From Candidatus Omnitrophota bacterium (GTDB lineage Bacteria; Omnitrophota; Gorgyraeia; Zapsychrales; Zapsychraceae), in the NCBI GenBank assembly GCA_020632515.1, contig JACKFK010000006.1, positions 75,876-139,875 of the forward strand: DNA of 64,000 nt, given 5' to 3'. A program made the position numbers and the translations under genes. Below are positions 1 through 9,348 of this stretch, piece after piece. Below the pieces are notes generated by a model. The model saw only the letters and a program-made list of their open reading frames with translations. It was not told the origin of the DNA and made no database searches. The stretch's first letter is position 1. Each line of letters opens with the position of its first letter.

Positions 1-31
1 AGAAGATTAATTTAGAAAATGGAGAAGAATT

Positions 32-517
32 ATGGCAAATATTCAAGTAGCAATCATGATGGGGAGTAAATCAGATTTGTCCATTATGGAAGAAGCAGCA
101 AAAATTCTAAATGATTTTGGTGTAATGAATGAAATTAAAGTTTTATCAGCTCATCGAACACCTGTTGAAACTGCGCGATATGCTGAAGAATTTCGTGCTA
201 AAGGTGGAAAAGTTTTCATTTGCGGCGCCGGAGTTTCAGCTGCGTTAGCAGGTGTTGTGGCGGCGCACACGACTTTACCCGTGATTGGTGTTCCCATTGA
301 TGCGTCTCCTTTAAATGGAATGGATGCCTTGTTGTCGACGGTACAGATGCCGCCAGGAGTTCCTGTCGGAGCAGTGGCAATCGGAAAATCCGGGGCCAAG
401 AATGCAGCATTATTAGCTATACGGATTCTAAGTTTGACGGATGGATCTTTCGAGAAGAAGTTAGAGCAGTTCAAAGAAGAACAAAAAAAGAAAATTTTAG
501 ATATTAAAATCTCTTAG
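32..517 (+). CDS. purE: N5-carboxyaminoimidazole ribonucleotide mutase (PurE)
   Basis: 161 aa. Class I PurE signature: MGSKSDL, LSAHRTP, GAGVSAALAGVVAAHTTLPVIGVP. GGAG RBS about 8 nt upstream. Confidence 0.9.
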   Translation: MANIQVAIMMGSKSDLSIMEEAAKILNDFGVMNEIKVLSAHRTPVETARYAEEFRAKGGKVFICGAGVSAALAGVVAAHTTLPVIGVPIDASPLNGMDALLSTVQMPPGVPVGAVAIGKSGAKNAALLAIRILSLTDGSFEKKLEQFKEEQKKKILDIKIS

Positions 518-569
518 CAGAGGTGAATGTTTTTGTTAACCTTTCTTTAATTTCACCTGAAAATAATAC

Positions 570-1634
570 GTGAATACTAAAGTTATAAAACTTCATCCAC
601 AGTTTCCTGATTTAAAAGAAATTAATACCTGCGCGAAAATTATTCGTAATGGGGGGCTGGTTATTTTTCCTACCGAGACCGTTTATGGGATCGCTGCGGA
701 TAATACCAATGAACAAGCCATTAAACGTTTACGGGAACTGAAGAAACGTCCGGACAATAAACCGTTTTCGGTATTAATATCGCAAAGGGGTTTGATTACT
801 AATTATACTAATTCGACAGATCCAAGAATTTATAAATTGATTGATGCGTTTTGGCCAGGGCCGGTAACGTTGGTTGTTCCGGCTAAAGAGTCAGATAAAA
901 CCATTGGAGTCCGTATGCCAGATAATGTGATCGCGTTACGTTTAATGGCTGAATCACAATGTCCAGTAGCAGCGCCGTCAGCTAATATTTCTGGAAAAAA
1001 AGCTCCTGTAACGTGTGAAGAGGCTTTAGAGGATTTTAATGGATTGGTGGATGTTGCTATCGACGGTGGCGAAGCCCCAATAGGAAAAGGGTCAACCGTG
1101 GTTGACATGACAAAAAAAGAAATTTCTGTTCTACGTGAAGGGGTTATTGCTAGAGAAGAAATTGAAAATGTTGTACGAAAGAAAAATATTTTATTTGTCT
1201 GCACGGGAAACAGCTGTCGTTCTGTTATGGCAGATTATTTATTAAAAAATTATACAAAAGATATGGATTATGTTGAAGTTGAGTCGGCCGGGACAAGTGT
1301 TTTTCTTCATTCCACAGCGAGCGCGGAAACTGTTTCAGTTTTAAGGGAAGAAGAAATTGATGCGTCAAAACATTTATCACAGCCGATTAACTCAATTCTT
1401 TTACGTAAAGCAGATTTGATTTTTGTTATGACCCGGGCTCATCGTGGGCAAGTGCTAGAGCGTGTTCCCGCTGTAGAGAAAAGAGTTTACTTATTAAAAG
1501 AATTCGCTAATATTCCGGCAAGTTTTGAAACAGATTTAGATATTCCAGATCCTATCGGACAGTCGCGAGAAGCTTACAGAGAGTGTTTATTAATTATTAA
1601 AGAGTGTATTAAAAAAATTGTTCAATTGATATAA
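570..1634 (+). CDS. Fusion protein: L-threonylcarbamoyladenylate synthase (TsaC/YrdC domain) + low-molecular-weight protein phosphatase (YwlE-like)
   Basis: GTG start. N-terminal YrdC motifs (VIFPTETVYGIAAD, GVRMPD, APSANISG). From about aa 205 an LMW-PTP P-loop (LFVCTGNSCRS) and Asp loop (DIPDPIG). No Sua5 C-terminal domain. Confidence 0.8.
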   Translation: MNTKVIKLHPQFPDLKEINTCAKIIRNGGLVIFPTETVYGIAADNTNEQAIKRLRELKKRPDNKPFSVLISQRGLITNYTNSTDPRIYKLIDAFWPGPVTLVVPAKESDKTIGVRMPDNVIALRLMAESQCPVAAPSANISGKKAPVTCEEALEDFNGLVDVAIDGGEAPIGKGSTVVDMTKKEISVLREGVIAREEIENVVRKKNILFVCTGNSCRSVMADYLLKNYTKDMDYVEVESAGTSVFLHSTASAETVSVLREEEIDASKHLSQPINSILLRKADLIFVMTRAHRGQVLERVPAVEKRVYLLKEFANIPASFETDLDIPDPIGQSREAYRECLLIIKECIKKIVQLI

Positions 1635-1661
1635 ATTTGGCAAAAGGAGGAGAATTTTATT

Positions 1662-2120
1662 TTGAAGATTTTTATTGGGGCAGATCATAGAGGTTGTGCA
1701 TTAAAAGAGAAAATTATTAACTTATTACAAAAAAATAAATTTAATGTGCAGGACTTAGGTGCTTTTGACTGTGAAAAAAGCGTCGACTATCCTAAAATTG
1801 CTTATAAAGTTGCTAAGGCGGTTACTGTCAATAAAACTAATCGAGGAATATTAATTTGTATGTCTGGAATTGGACAGGCTATGGCGGCTAATAAAGTTAA
1901 TGGGGCGTATGCAGCCTTGTGTTATAATTCTCAAGCTGCACAATTATCACGACAGCATAATAACGCGAATATATTAGTTTTAGGTGCTAAATTTATAAAA
2001 CCTAATGATATTGCTAAAACGGTAAATAATTTTTTGAATACAGAATTCGAAGGTGGACGGCATTTACGCCGTGTTAATCAAATTAAGAAAATCGAAAAAG
2101 GATTAAAGCTGGGAAATTAA
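1662..2120 (+). CDS. rpiB: Ribose-5-phosphate isomerase B (RpiB/LacAB family)
   Basis: 152 aa, TTG start after AGGAGG. Motifs IGADHRG and GILICMSGIGQAMAANK are typical of RpiB. Confidence 0.85.
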   Translation: MKIFIGADHRGCALKEKIINLLQKNKFNVQDLGAFDCEKSVDYPKIAYKVAKAVTVNKTNRGILICMSGIGQAMAANKVNGAYAALCYNSQAAQLSRQHNNANILVLGAKFIKPNDIAKTVNNFLNTEFEGGRHLRRVNQIKKIEKGLKLGN

Positions 2121-2141
2121 TGGGAAGGAATTAACAGTAAA

Positions 2142-3386
2142 ATGTCGTATTTAAAAAAAGTAGATTCAGAAATTTATCAAGCCATTCAGGATGAGTTGCA
2201 GCGTCAGCAGGATAATCTTGAATTAATTGCGTCAGAGAACATTGTTTCCGAAGCAGTTCTTGAAGCTCAAGGCAGCGTAATGACAAATAAATACGCAGAA
2301 GGTTATCCGCAAGCGCGATGGTATGACGGATGCGCATATGTGGATGCCGCGGAACAGTTAGCGATTGACCGGGCAAAAAAGATTTTTGGTGCGGAGCATG
2401 TAAATGTTCAACCGCATTCTGGTTCACAGGCAAATATGGCTGTCTATTTGGCAGCGCTTGAGTATGGCGATACTATTTTGGCTATGGATTTAGCCTGCGG
2501 AGGACATTTAACGCATGGTATGAAAATTAATTTTTCCGGAAAATCCTACAACATTGTTTCTTATGGGGTTAATAAAGAAACGGAACAATTGGATTTTAAT
2601 GAAATTGAAGAAAAGGCCTTAAAGCATAAACCTAAAATGATTGTTGCGGGAGCATCTGCTTATTCAAGGACGATTGATTTTAAGAAATTTAGAGAAATTT
2701 GTGACAAAGTTGGAGCTTATCTTTTTGTTGATATGGCGCATATTGCCGGCCTAGTGGCAGCAGGGTTGCATCCTAGTCCAATACCTTATGCAGAGTTTGT
2801 GACAACAACAACTCATAAAACTCTTAGAGGTCCTCGGGGAGGGATGATTCTTTGTCGTGAAGAATTTGCAAAGAAGATTAATTCAAGAATTTTTCCTGGT
2901 ATTCAAGGTGGCCCCTTAATGCATGTCATTGCGGCTAAAGCGGTCGCGTTTAAAGAGGCATTAAGCGATGATTTTAAAGTTTATCAAAAACAGGTTATCG
3001 ATAATGCTAAAGTATTTGCTGAAACCATGACTACATATGGTTTTCGAATTGTGGCTGGTGGAACGGATAACCATTTATTTATGGTGGATTTAAGGCCAAA
3101 GAATGTAACGGGGAAAGAAGTCGCGCCATTGCTCGATCATGTGGCGATTACAGTTAATAAAAATCTTATTCCATTTGATACTCAGCCGCCAATGGTAACC
3201 AGCGGTATCCGTATTGGAACGCCTGCCGTCACTACGCGCGGTTTAAAACAAAATGAAATGAAAGAAATTGCACGTTTGATTAATGAAACGGTAGACAATA
3301 AAGATAATGAGCAGAAATTAGTTCAAATTAAACAACAAGTATTGGAATTAACAAAGCGTTTCCCGATATATACTAGTTTGAGTTAA
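2142..3386 (+). CDS. glyA: Serine hydroxymethyltransferase
   Basis: 414 aa. ELIASEN, YAEGYP and the PLP-lysine region [14 protein letters not shown]. Confidence 0.95.
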   Translation: MSYLKKVDSEIYQAIQDELQRQQDNLELIASENIVSEAVLEAQGSVMTNKYAEGYPQARWYDGCAYVDAAEQLAIDRAKKIFGAEHVNVQPHSGSQANMAVYLAALEYGDTILAMDLACGGHLTHGMKINFSGKSYNIVSYGVNKETEQLDFNEIEEKALKHKPKMIVAGASAYSRTIDFKKFREICDKVGAYLFVDMAHIAGLVAAGLHPSPIPYAEFVTTTTHKTLRGPRGGMILCREEFAKKINSRIFPGIQGGPLMHVIAAKAVAFKEALSDDFKVYQKQVIDNAKVFAETMTTYGFRIVAGGTDNHLFMVDLRPKNVTGKEVAPLLDHVAITVNKNLIPFDTQPPMVTSGIRIGTPAVTTRGLKQNEMKEIARLINETVDNKDNEQKLVQIKQQVLELTKRFPIYTSLS

Positions 3387-3399
3387 AGGATGAGTTTGC

Positions 3400-3861
3400 G
3401 TGAAGTGTCCAGCTTGTAATTATAATGAAACCAAAGTCGTAGACTCTCGTTTAAGTACGGATGGGGCTTCCGTTAGACGTCGGAGAGAATGTTTGAAATG
3501 TCAAAAACGTTTTACAACGTATGAATATGTAGAACAAGTTCCGTTGATGGTTGTTAAACGTGATGGTCGCCGTCAACCTTTTGATAGAAAAAAGATTATC
3601 TCTGGTTTAGTTAAAGCTTGTGAAAAACGACCTATTAGTATTGATAAAATGGAAGAACTCACAAGTGAATTGGAACGTGAGGTTCAGCGAAAATTTGAAA
3701 GAGAAGTTGATTCAAAAGAAGTCGGTGAACTTATCATGGGGAAATTAGCGCAGTTGGATGAAGTGGCTTATGTTCGATTTGCTTCCGTGTATCGGCAGTT
3801 CCGTGATGTTAATCAGTTTATGACAGAATTAACCACAATTTTAGAAAAAGATAAACGTTAA
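3400..3861 (+). CDS. nrdR: Transcriptional repressor NrdR
   Basis: GTG start. MKCPAC...CLKC zinc ribbon followed by an ATP-cone (VVKRDGRRQPFDRKKI). Confidence 0.9.
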   Translation: MKCPACNYNETKVVDSRLSTDGASVRRRRECLKCQKRFTTYEYVEQVPLMVVKRDGRRQPFDRKKIISGLVKACEKRPISIDKMEELTSELEREVQRKFEREVDSKEVGELIMGKLAQLDEVAYVRFASVYRQFRDVNQFMTELTTILEKDKR

Positions 3862-3872
3862 AGGAAATTGTT

Positions 3873-4289
3873 ATGGCATTGATTCAAGTTGAATTAAGCA
3901 AGATTATTATAGATGAGAAAAGACAAGATCAAATTATTGTGTTAAAGGAAAAAGGGGGAGATCGTCAGTTTCCGATTGTTATTGGATTTCTAGAGGCTTC
4001 CAGCATTAAAATGAAACTTTCCGGTATTGAATCTCCCCGGCCAATGACGCATGATTTATTAGTAAGCACTATCGAAGAATTAGAGGCGACAATGTCGCGG
4101 TTAGTTATTGATAAATTAGTGCATAATACATTTCATGCCAAATTGGAATTGAAGCTTAAAGATGCTAAGAAGAAAATGGTTGATGCCAGGCCTTCAGATG
4201 GTATTGCTTTAGCCGTTCGTACTGAGGCCCCAATTTATGTTGAAGAAGAGGTTCTTCAAAAAGCGGCTGTTTTTAAAACAAACACATAG
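3873..4289 (+). CDS. Bifunctional nuclease (BFN/DUF151) domain protein
   Basis: 138 aa. The pattern ...FPIVIG..EA..I......RPMTHDL... matches the DUF151 family as I recall it. No search was run. Confidence 0.55.
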   Translation: MALIQVELSKIIIDEKRQDQIIVLKEKGGDRQFPIVIGFLEASSIKMKLSGIESPRPMTHDLLVSTIEELEATMSRLVIDKLVHNTFHAKLELKLKDAKKKMVDARPSDGIALAVRTEAPIYVEEEVLQKAAVFKTNT

Positions 4290-4330
4290 GTATAAAGATT
4301 AACGATTGTATAATAAGTTAACGTATTACC

Positions 4331-4369
4331 AACCCTTGATGAATTTTTATTATCAAGGGTTCATTTTTT
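4331..4369 (+). terminator. Rho-independent terminator after the purE..bfn gene string
   Basis: Stem aacccttgat / atcaagggtt (10 bp) followed by a T-run (cattttttaa). Confidence 0.6.
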
Positions 4370-4391
4370 AAAGAAGGTATGAAAATTTAAA

Positions 4392-5828
4392 ATGAAGGAC
4401 AAAATGGATTTATTTCAACAGCAGCCCTTTTTAAAAGTTATAAAAGAATTGGCTAAGACGAATAGGACATCAATTTTTTTAGTCGGAGGTTTCTTGCGTG
4501 ACTTATATTTAAAAAGAGAAACGGCAGATTATGATTTTTGTGTGGAAAAAGACGCGTTAAAGTTTGCGGAGGCATTTGCGCAGCAAATTCATGGCGTGTT
4601 TATTGTGTTAGATGAAGATCGAAAATGTGGACGAGTAATAAAGAAAAAAAATCAGAAGGTTACGACTTTTGACTTTACAGATTTTAGGGCTAAAACCTTG
4701 AAAGGTGATTTAGCCGCCCGGGATTTTACAATCAATACATTTTATATTGACCTATTAAAATGGCAAGATGGCATGGATTTGTTTCAGTTGTTAAAGAAGC
4801 AAAAACGAGCGTTTGCTGATCTTAGAAAAAAGACAATCTGCATGACAGGTAAAAAGATCTTTTTGGAAGATCCGTTGCGGATGTTAAGAGCCTTTAGTTT
4901 AAAGGCGAGTTTAGGTTTTACAATTGATGCGTCAACCATAGATGAAATTAAGAAAAATGTGGATTTGATTCGTACCGTTTCAGCGGAACGAATTAATACT
5001 GAACTTTTTAAGATTTTTGCAGGCGCTCAGACGGCAAAAGTTCTTAAGCAAATGGATCGGTGTGGTATCTTAGAGCGCGTTATTCCACAGGTGAGGGTAA
5101 TGTATAAATGCGAGCAAGGTGGATATCATCATTTAGATGTATGGAAGCATTCCTTGGAAGCCGTTGCTCAAGCAGATTATCTTTTTAAAGAGATCAAAGA
5201 AGAGTCGCATTTAAATGAGTATTTAGACGAGAAAATTGGTGGGAATCATAGCCGGCGTTCTATTATTAAGTTTGCCGCGCTTTTGCATGATATTGGTAAG
5301 CCGCAGACACGGAAAAGAAATGAAATACGATATACTTTTTATGGACATGAACGTGTGGGTAAAGGCATTGTGCGAACGATTTGTAAATTATTGAAGGTTT
5401 CAACAAAGGAACGCTATGTTATTGAAGATTTAGTCCTGCATCATCTTCGTCCGGGATTCTTATCAAATTTTAAGAAACCGAGTGAACGTTCCATTTTTCG
5501 TTTTTTTCGAGATACGAAAGAAGAGGCTGTCAGTGTTTTGCTTTTATCGTTAGCTGATCAAAGAGCGACAAGAGGGCCTATGACAACACAAGAGGATCAA
5601 TTGCATCACGAAACGATTTGCAAAAATCTTATTGTCAGATATTTTGATAAGACAAAGGAAGTGCCGAAAGAGCGACTAATCACCGGACATGATATTCGAA
5701 AGATATTAAAAGTTAAGCCGTCGCCGCTCTATGGTAAGATATTGACGGATGTTGAGGAAAAGCAAGGGCTAGGAAAGATTCAAACGCGCAAACAAGCGTT
5801 GGAATATGTCCGTAAATATAAAAAATAA
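4392..5828 (+). CDS. cca: CCA-adding enzyme / class II tRNA nucleotidyltransferase with HD domain
   Basis: 478 aa. N-terminal VGGFLRDLYL nucleotidyltransferase motif, RDFTIN, and a C-terminal HD domain (LLHDIGKP). Confidence 0.8.
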   Translation: MKDKMDLFQQQPFLKVIKELAKTNRTSIFLVGGFLRDLYLKRETADYDFCVEKDALKFAEAFAQQIHGVFIVLDEDRKCGRVIKKKNQKVTTFDFTDFRAKTLKGDLAARDFTINTFYIDLLKWQDGMDLFQLLKKQKRAFADLRKKTICMTGKKIFLEDPLRMLRAFSLKASLGFTIDASTIDEIKKNVDLIRTVSAERINTELFKIFAGAQTAKVLKQMDRCGILERVIPQVRVMYKCEQGGYHHLDVWKHSLEAVAQADYLFKEIKEESHLNEYLDEKIGGNHSRRSIIKFAALLHDIGKPQTRKRNEIRYTFYGHERVGKGIVRTICKLLKVSTKERYVIEDLVLHHLRPGFLSNFKKPSERSIFRFFRDTKEEAVSVLLLSLADQRATRGPMTTQEDQLHHETICKNLIVRYFDKTKEVPKERLITGHDIRKILKVKPSPLYGKILTDVEEKQGLGKIQTRKQALEYVRKYKK

Positions 5829-5843
5829 ATCAGAGGTTGATTA

Positions 5844-6779
5844 ATGAAAATTAAGAACACTGAAATAAAGATTATTCAAGATGATATTACGCAGTTAAAA
5901 GTTGATGCCATTGTAAATTCAGCTAATCCGTCGTTGAAGATGGAGGAGGGTCTGGCCGGAGTAATCAAAGCGAAAGCTGGACGGGATTTTGAAGAAGAAG
6001 TCAAAAATAATGCGCCAGTTGAAATTGGGCAGGCGGTTTGGACGAAAGCAGGTCTTTTGAATTGTAAATTTGTTATTCACGCAGTTTCAGTTAATAAGGA
6101 TAAGAAAACGGATCAGAGTTATATCCGTAAAGCTACAGCTTCTGCTTTGCGCGCGGCGCATCAGATTAATGCCAGTTCTTTGGCAATTCCTGCATTAGGT
6201 TGCGGTATAGGCGATTTTCCAGCCAAGGGGGCAGCCAAAATTATTACTCAAGAAATATTAAAATTTTTGAAGTCAGTCAAAGCTACGCCTATTCGTGAAA
6301 TTATTTTGTGTTTATTTGAAAAGGATGTTTTCCAGGAGTTTGATGAAACTGTTCGAGGATATATTCATCATATCCAGGAAAATTTAGGGCCAGGCCCATA
6401 TGTTACCGTAGATATTATCATTGAAAGGGATGACGGGATCGTTTTGATTGAGCGTTCCAATCCTCCTTATGGCTGGGCGCTTCCGGGAGGGTTTTTAGAT
6501 TATGGTGAGAGTTTAGAAGAGGCGGCGGTTCGTGAAGCCAGGGAAGAGACAAGCTTAGACTTGGAGGATTTGCAACAATTTCATACATATTCAGATCCAG
6601 ATCGCGATCCGCGATTTCAGACGATATCAACTGTGTTTACTGCTCGAGGAGAAGGTTCCCCTAAATTTGGTGATGATGCTAAAGGGTTAAAGATTGTTCC
6701 GTATAAAGATTTGTTAAAATTAGATTATGCGTTTGATCATAAGCTGATTATGAAAGAATATTTAGAATCAAGAAAATAA
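5844..6779 (+). CDS. Fusion protein: macro domain (ADP-ribose binding/hydrolase) + Nudix hydrolase
   Basis: N-terminal macro motifs ([27 protein letters not shown]). C-terminal Nudix box [24 protein letters not shown]. Confidence 0.8.
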   Translation: MKIKNTEIKIIQDDITQLKVDAIVNSANPSLKMEEGLAGVIKAKAGRDFEEEVKNNAPVEIGQAVWTKAGLLNCKFVIHAVSVNKDKKTDQSYIRKATASALRAAHQINASSLAIPALGCGIGDFPAKGAAKIITQEILKFLKSVKATPIREIILCLFEKDVFQEFDETVRGYIHHIQENLGPGPYVTVDIIIERDDGIVLIERSNPPYGWALPGGFLDYGESLEEAAVREAREETSLDLEDLQQFHTYSDPDRDPRFQTISTVFTARGEGSPKFGDDAKGLKIVPYKDLLKLDYAFDHKLIMKEYLESRK

Positions 6780-6806
6780 TTTGTAATCTAAGAGAGAGGA
6801 TTTTTT

Positions 6807-7535
6807 ATGAGCACACATGATAGAATCGCAATTGTCACCGGTGGAAATCGTGGAATTGGATTTGAAATCTGTCGACAGTTAGCGAAGTTGGACATTTTAG
6901 TCGTCCTAACCAGCCGTAATGAAGAAAAAGGGATGGAGGCTTGTGAACGTCTTCATCGAGAAGAATTGCCGGTTCGTTATCATCAATTAGATGTTAGTCA
7001 TGCTGCCAGCATTGTTGCATTAAGGGATTTTATTATTAAGGAATTTGGGCGCTGCGATATTTTAGTGAACAACGCTGGAATATTTCCTGATACAAAAAGT
7101 GCTAGCAGTTCTAATTTTCCGAGTATTTTTGAATCAGACCTTAAAATCATCCGTGAAGCCATGGAAACAAATGTGTATGGTCCTATTTTGTTATGTCAAT
7201 CTTTGATCCCGTTAATGAAAGAACATGGTTATGGAAGAGTTGTTAATCTCTCCAGCGGTATGGGGCAATTAACAAATATGAACGGGCATTGCCCAGGGTA
7301 TCGAATTTCTAAAACAAGCATTAATGCGGTAACGCGTATTTTTGCCGACGAGTTGCAGGGAGAGAATGTTCTAGTCAACAGTATGTGTCCCGGGTGGGTA
7401 AAAACTGAAATGGGCGGGCCTAATGCAACCCGGGAACCGTTTGAAGGTGCAGAAACCGCAGTGTGGCTGGCGACGCTTCCTAACGGTGGACCGACGGGAA
7501 AATTCTTCCGTGATAAAAAAGAATTTGAATGGTAA
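6807..7535 (+). CDS. Short-chain dehydrogenase/reductase (carbonyl-reductase-like SDR)
   Basis: TGGNRGIG cofactor motif, NNAG, catalytic YRISK. Confidence 0.8.
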   Translation: MSTHDRIAIVTGGNRGIGFEICRQLAKLDILVVLTSRNEEKGMEACERLHREELPVRYHQLDVSHAASIVALRDFIIKEFGRCDILVNNAGIFPDTKSASSSNFPSIFESDLKIIREAMETNVYGPILLCQSLIPLMKEHGYGRVVNLSSGMGQLTNMNGHCPGYRISKTSINAVTRIFADELQGENVLVNSMCPGWVKTEMGGPNATREPFEGAETAVWLATLPNGGPTGKFFRDKKEFEW

Positions 7536-7559
7536 AGGGAATTTAGTAATTGAAATACT

Positions 7560-8234
7560 ATGCGTCTTGTTCAGCTTAATAAAACAATTCTGAGTCTTCA
7601 AAATAATCCGCAAGCGTTTTTAAACGGTTTAACCTCAAATGCCGTTGATCAACCCCGTAATGCTTTTTTAAACATTCATGGCCGGATTATTGCTACTTTC
7701 GATCAAATAATTATCAACGAGAATGAAATGCAGCTTGTTATTGAAAATGATTATGTTCAGGCTGTTTCCGCGCATTTGGATCGATATTTAAAACTAGCCG
7801 GTGTACAACTTGATTCATTGAAAGATGTGGTTTATTTTGATTTGGAAGGAGACTGTTTTTTAGAAGAGGGCGATCGGGTCATTCTTCAGAAAAAAGGGAG
7901 GCTTTTGTTAACCACTAAATTAAGGAATGCTGATGTTAGTGCTGAAGAATTTACATTGTTTCGTCTTCAGCACAATATTCCGATGCTGGGTGTAGATTAT
8001 AAAGACGAAATGCTTTTAAATGTGGCGACGGATGAATTTGTTTCCTTTACCAAGGGATGTTATTTGGGGCAGGAACCCATTTCAAAAGTGTACAATCGTT
8101 CAAAACCGACCTGGAAGCTTGTGGTTAAGTATGAAGATGAGTGTAATGAAGAAGAAAAACAGAAAATGACATCCATCGTAGAAGGCCCTGTTAAGCAAAA
8201 ACGGAAAGGATTTGTTTTTGTCCGTAATATTTAA
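7560..8234 (+). CDS. ygfZ: YgfZ/GcvT-like folate-binding protein
   Basis: 224 aa. C-terminal KGCYLGQE motif characteristic of the YgfZ/CAF17 family. Confidence 0.6.
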   Translation: MRLVQLNKTILSLQNNPQAFLNGLTSNAVDQPRNAFLNIHGRIIATFDQIIINENEMQLVIENDYVQAVSAHLDRYLKLAGVQLDSLKDVVYFDLEGDCFLEEGDRVILQKKGRLLLTTKLRNADVSAEEFTLFRLQHNIPMLGVDYKDEMLLNVATDEFVSFTKGCYLGQEPISKVYNRSKPTWKLVVKYEDECNEEEKQKMTSIVEGPVKQKRKGFVFVRNI

Positions 8235-8372
8235 AGGATGAGTTTATTCGTTTTTGTTCCAATGAAACAAAAAATTACCCTCTTGAAATTTTACCTTGAA
8301 AAAGAAGGTGTTGTTTATTATACTGAGGCGTTTTTTAAACTAAATAAAGTTAATTACTAGAGGAGGAATGTA

Positions 8373-9257
8373 ATGAAGGTTGTAAGGAATCTCATCTGTG
8401 CTCTGTTTCTTATGCTGAGTATAACTCAAAATCTCTTTGCTGAGGAAATTCATTTAAAAAACGGCGATAAAGTCAGTGGTGATGTTGTTCGGGAATCGGA
8501 TTATATCATTGTGGTGGATACTGCCGCTATGGGTGAAGTAACGATTGAAAAAGAATTTGTGAAGGAACCGGAAAAAGAACCAACTAAAGAAGAGAAAGCG
8601 TCTCTTTGGGACAAGACATTGAGTTTAGGATACAGTCTTTCAAGGGGAAATACCGAAGAAAGCGCGTTTAATGGTGCTGTTGAATTGCATAAAAAAACAG
8701 AAGAAGATGAAATTAACGCAAAGTTAACCAGTTTGTATACATCTGATGAGAAAAAATTAGATGAAAAAAAGTTTTATGGTTTGCTGCGTTATGCCTATAG
8801 TTTTGGTGAGGAAAAAGATTGGTATCATTTTTATAAATTTGAAGGTGACCAAGATAGGTCAGCAAATATTAATTACCGTTTAATTCCGGCTACTGGTATT
8901 GGCTACTGGCTTGTCGATGAAGAAAATTATAAAGCTATGGTGGAAGTTGCTGCTGGTTATCAGTATACGGATTATCGTGATGGAACAGACAGCGATAGTG
9001 ATGCTGTTATCGTACCAAGGGGATTTTATGAAAAGCTTCTTTATAAAAATTTAAAATTCCGTCAAGATTTAACATTGTATCCATCGTTAAGTAGTGGTGG
9101 AGATTTTCGTCTGCGTTCAGAAACATCGTTCATTAACCCAATTAGCGATAAACTTGCTTGGAAAATCAGCTTAATTGATGAATTTAATTCCAGTCCGCAG
9201 GGAGACACGAAAAAGAATGATTTTCGGTTGATATCAGCAATTGATTTAAACTTTTGA
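8373..9257 (+). CDS. DUF481-family outer-membrane beta-barrel protein
   Basis: Signal peptide. Alternating beta-strand pattern ending in aromatic ...IDLNF. Resembles the YdiY/DUF481 family (recall only). Confidence 0.55.
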   Translation: MKVVRNLICALFLMLSITQNLFAEEIHLKNGDKVSGDVVRESDYIIVVDTAAMGEVTIEKEFVKEPEKEPTKEEKASLWDKTLSLGYSLSRGNTEESAFNGAVELHKKTEEDEINAKLTSLYTSDEKKLDEKKFYGLLRYAYSFGEEKDWYHFYKFEGDQDRSANINYRLIPATGIGYWLVDEENYKAMVEVAAGYQYTDYRDGTDSDSDAVIVPRGFYEKLLYKNLKFRQDLTLYPSLSSGGDFRLRSETSFINPISDKLAWKISLIDEFNSSPQGDTKKNDFRLISAIDLNF

Positions 9258-9299
9258 CAAATTTATCAAATTTGTTAATAATGTTTAATATTTATTATC

Positions 9300-9334
9300 G
9301 TAAGGACGTTCCTATGGAGCGTCCTTACTTTTGT
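9300..9334 (+). terminator. Hairpin plus T-run between the DUF481 gene and the Cys/Met PLP enzyme gene
   Basis: gtaaggacg / cgtccttac 9-bp stem, 11-nt loop, then ttttgtg. Confidence 0.5.
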
Positions 9335-9348
9335 GAGGAGTTTTAGCG

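Noticed and set aside
9254..9282. CAAATTT-atc-AAATTTG palindrome within a TTGACA-N17-AATAAT promoter-like stretch upstream of the Cys/Met enzyme gene
   Set aside because: It is a short AT-only palindrome in AT-rich DNA overlapping the upstream stop codon. The -10 box is weak, and an operator or promoter role cannot be supported from sequence alone.
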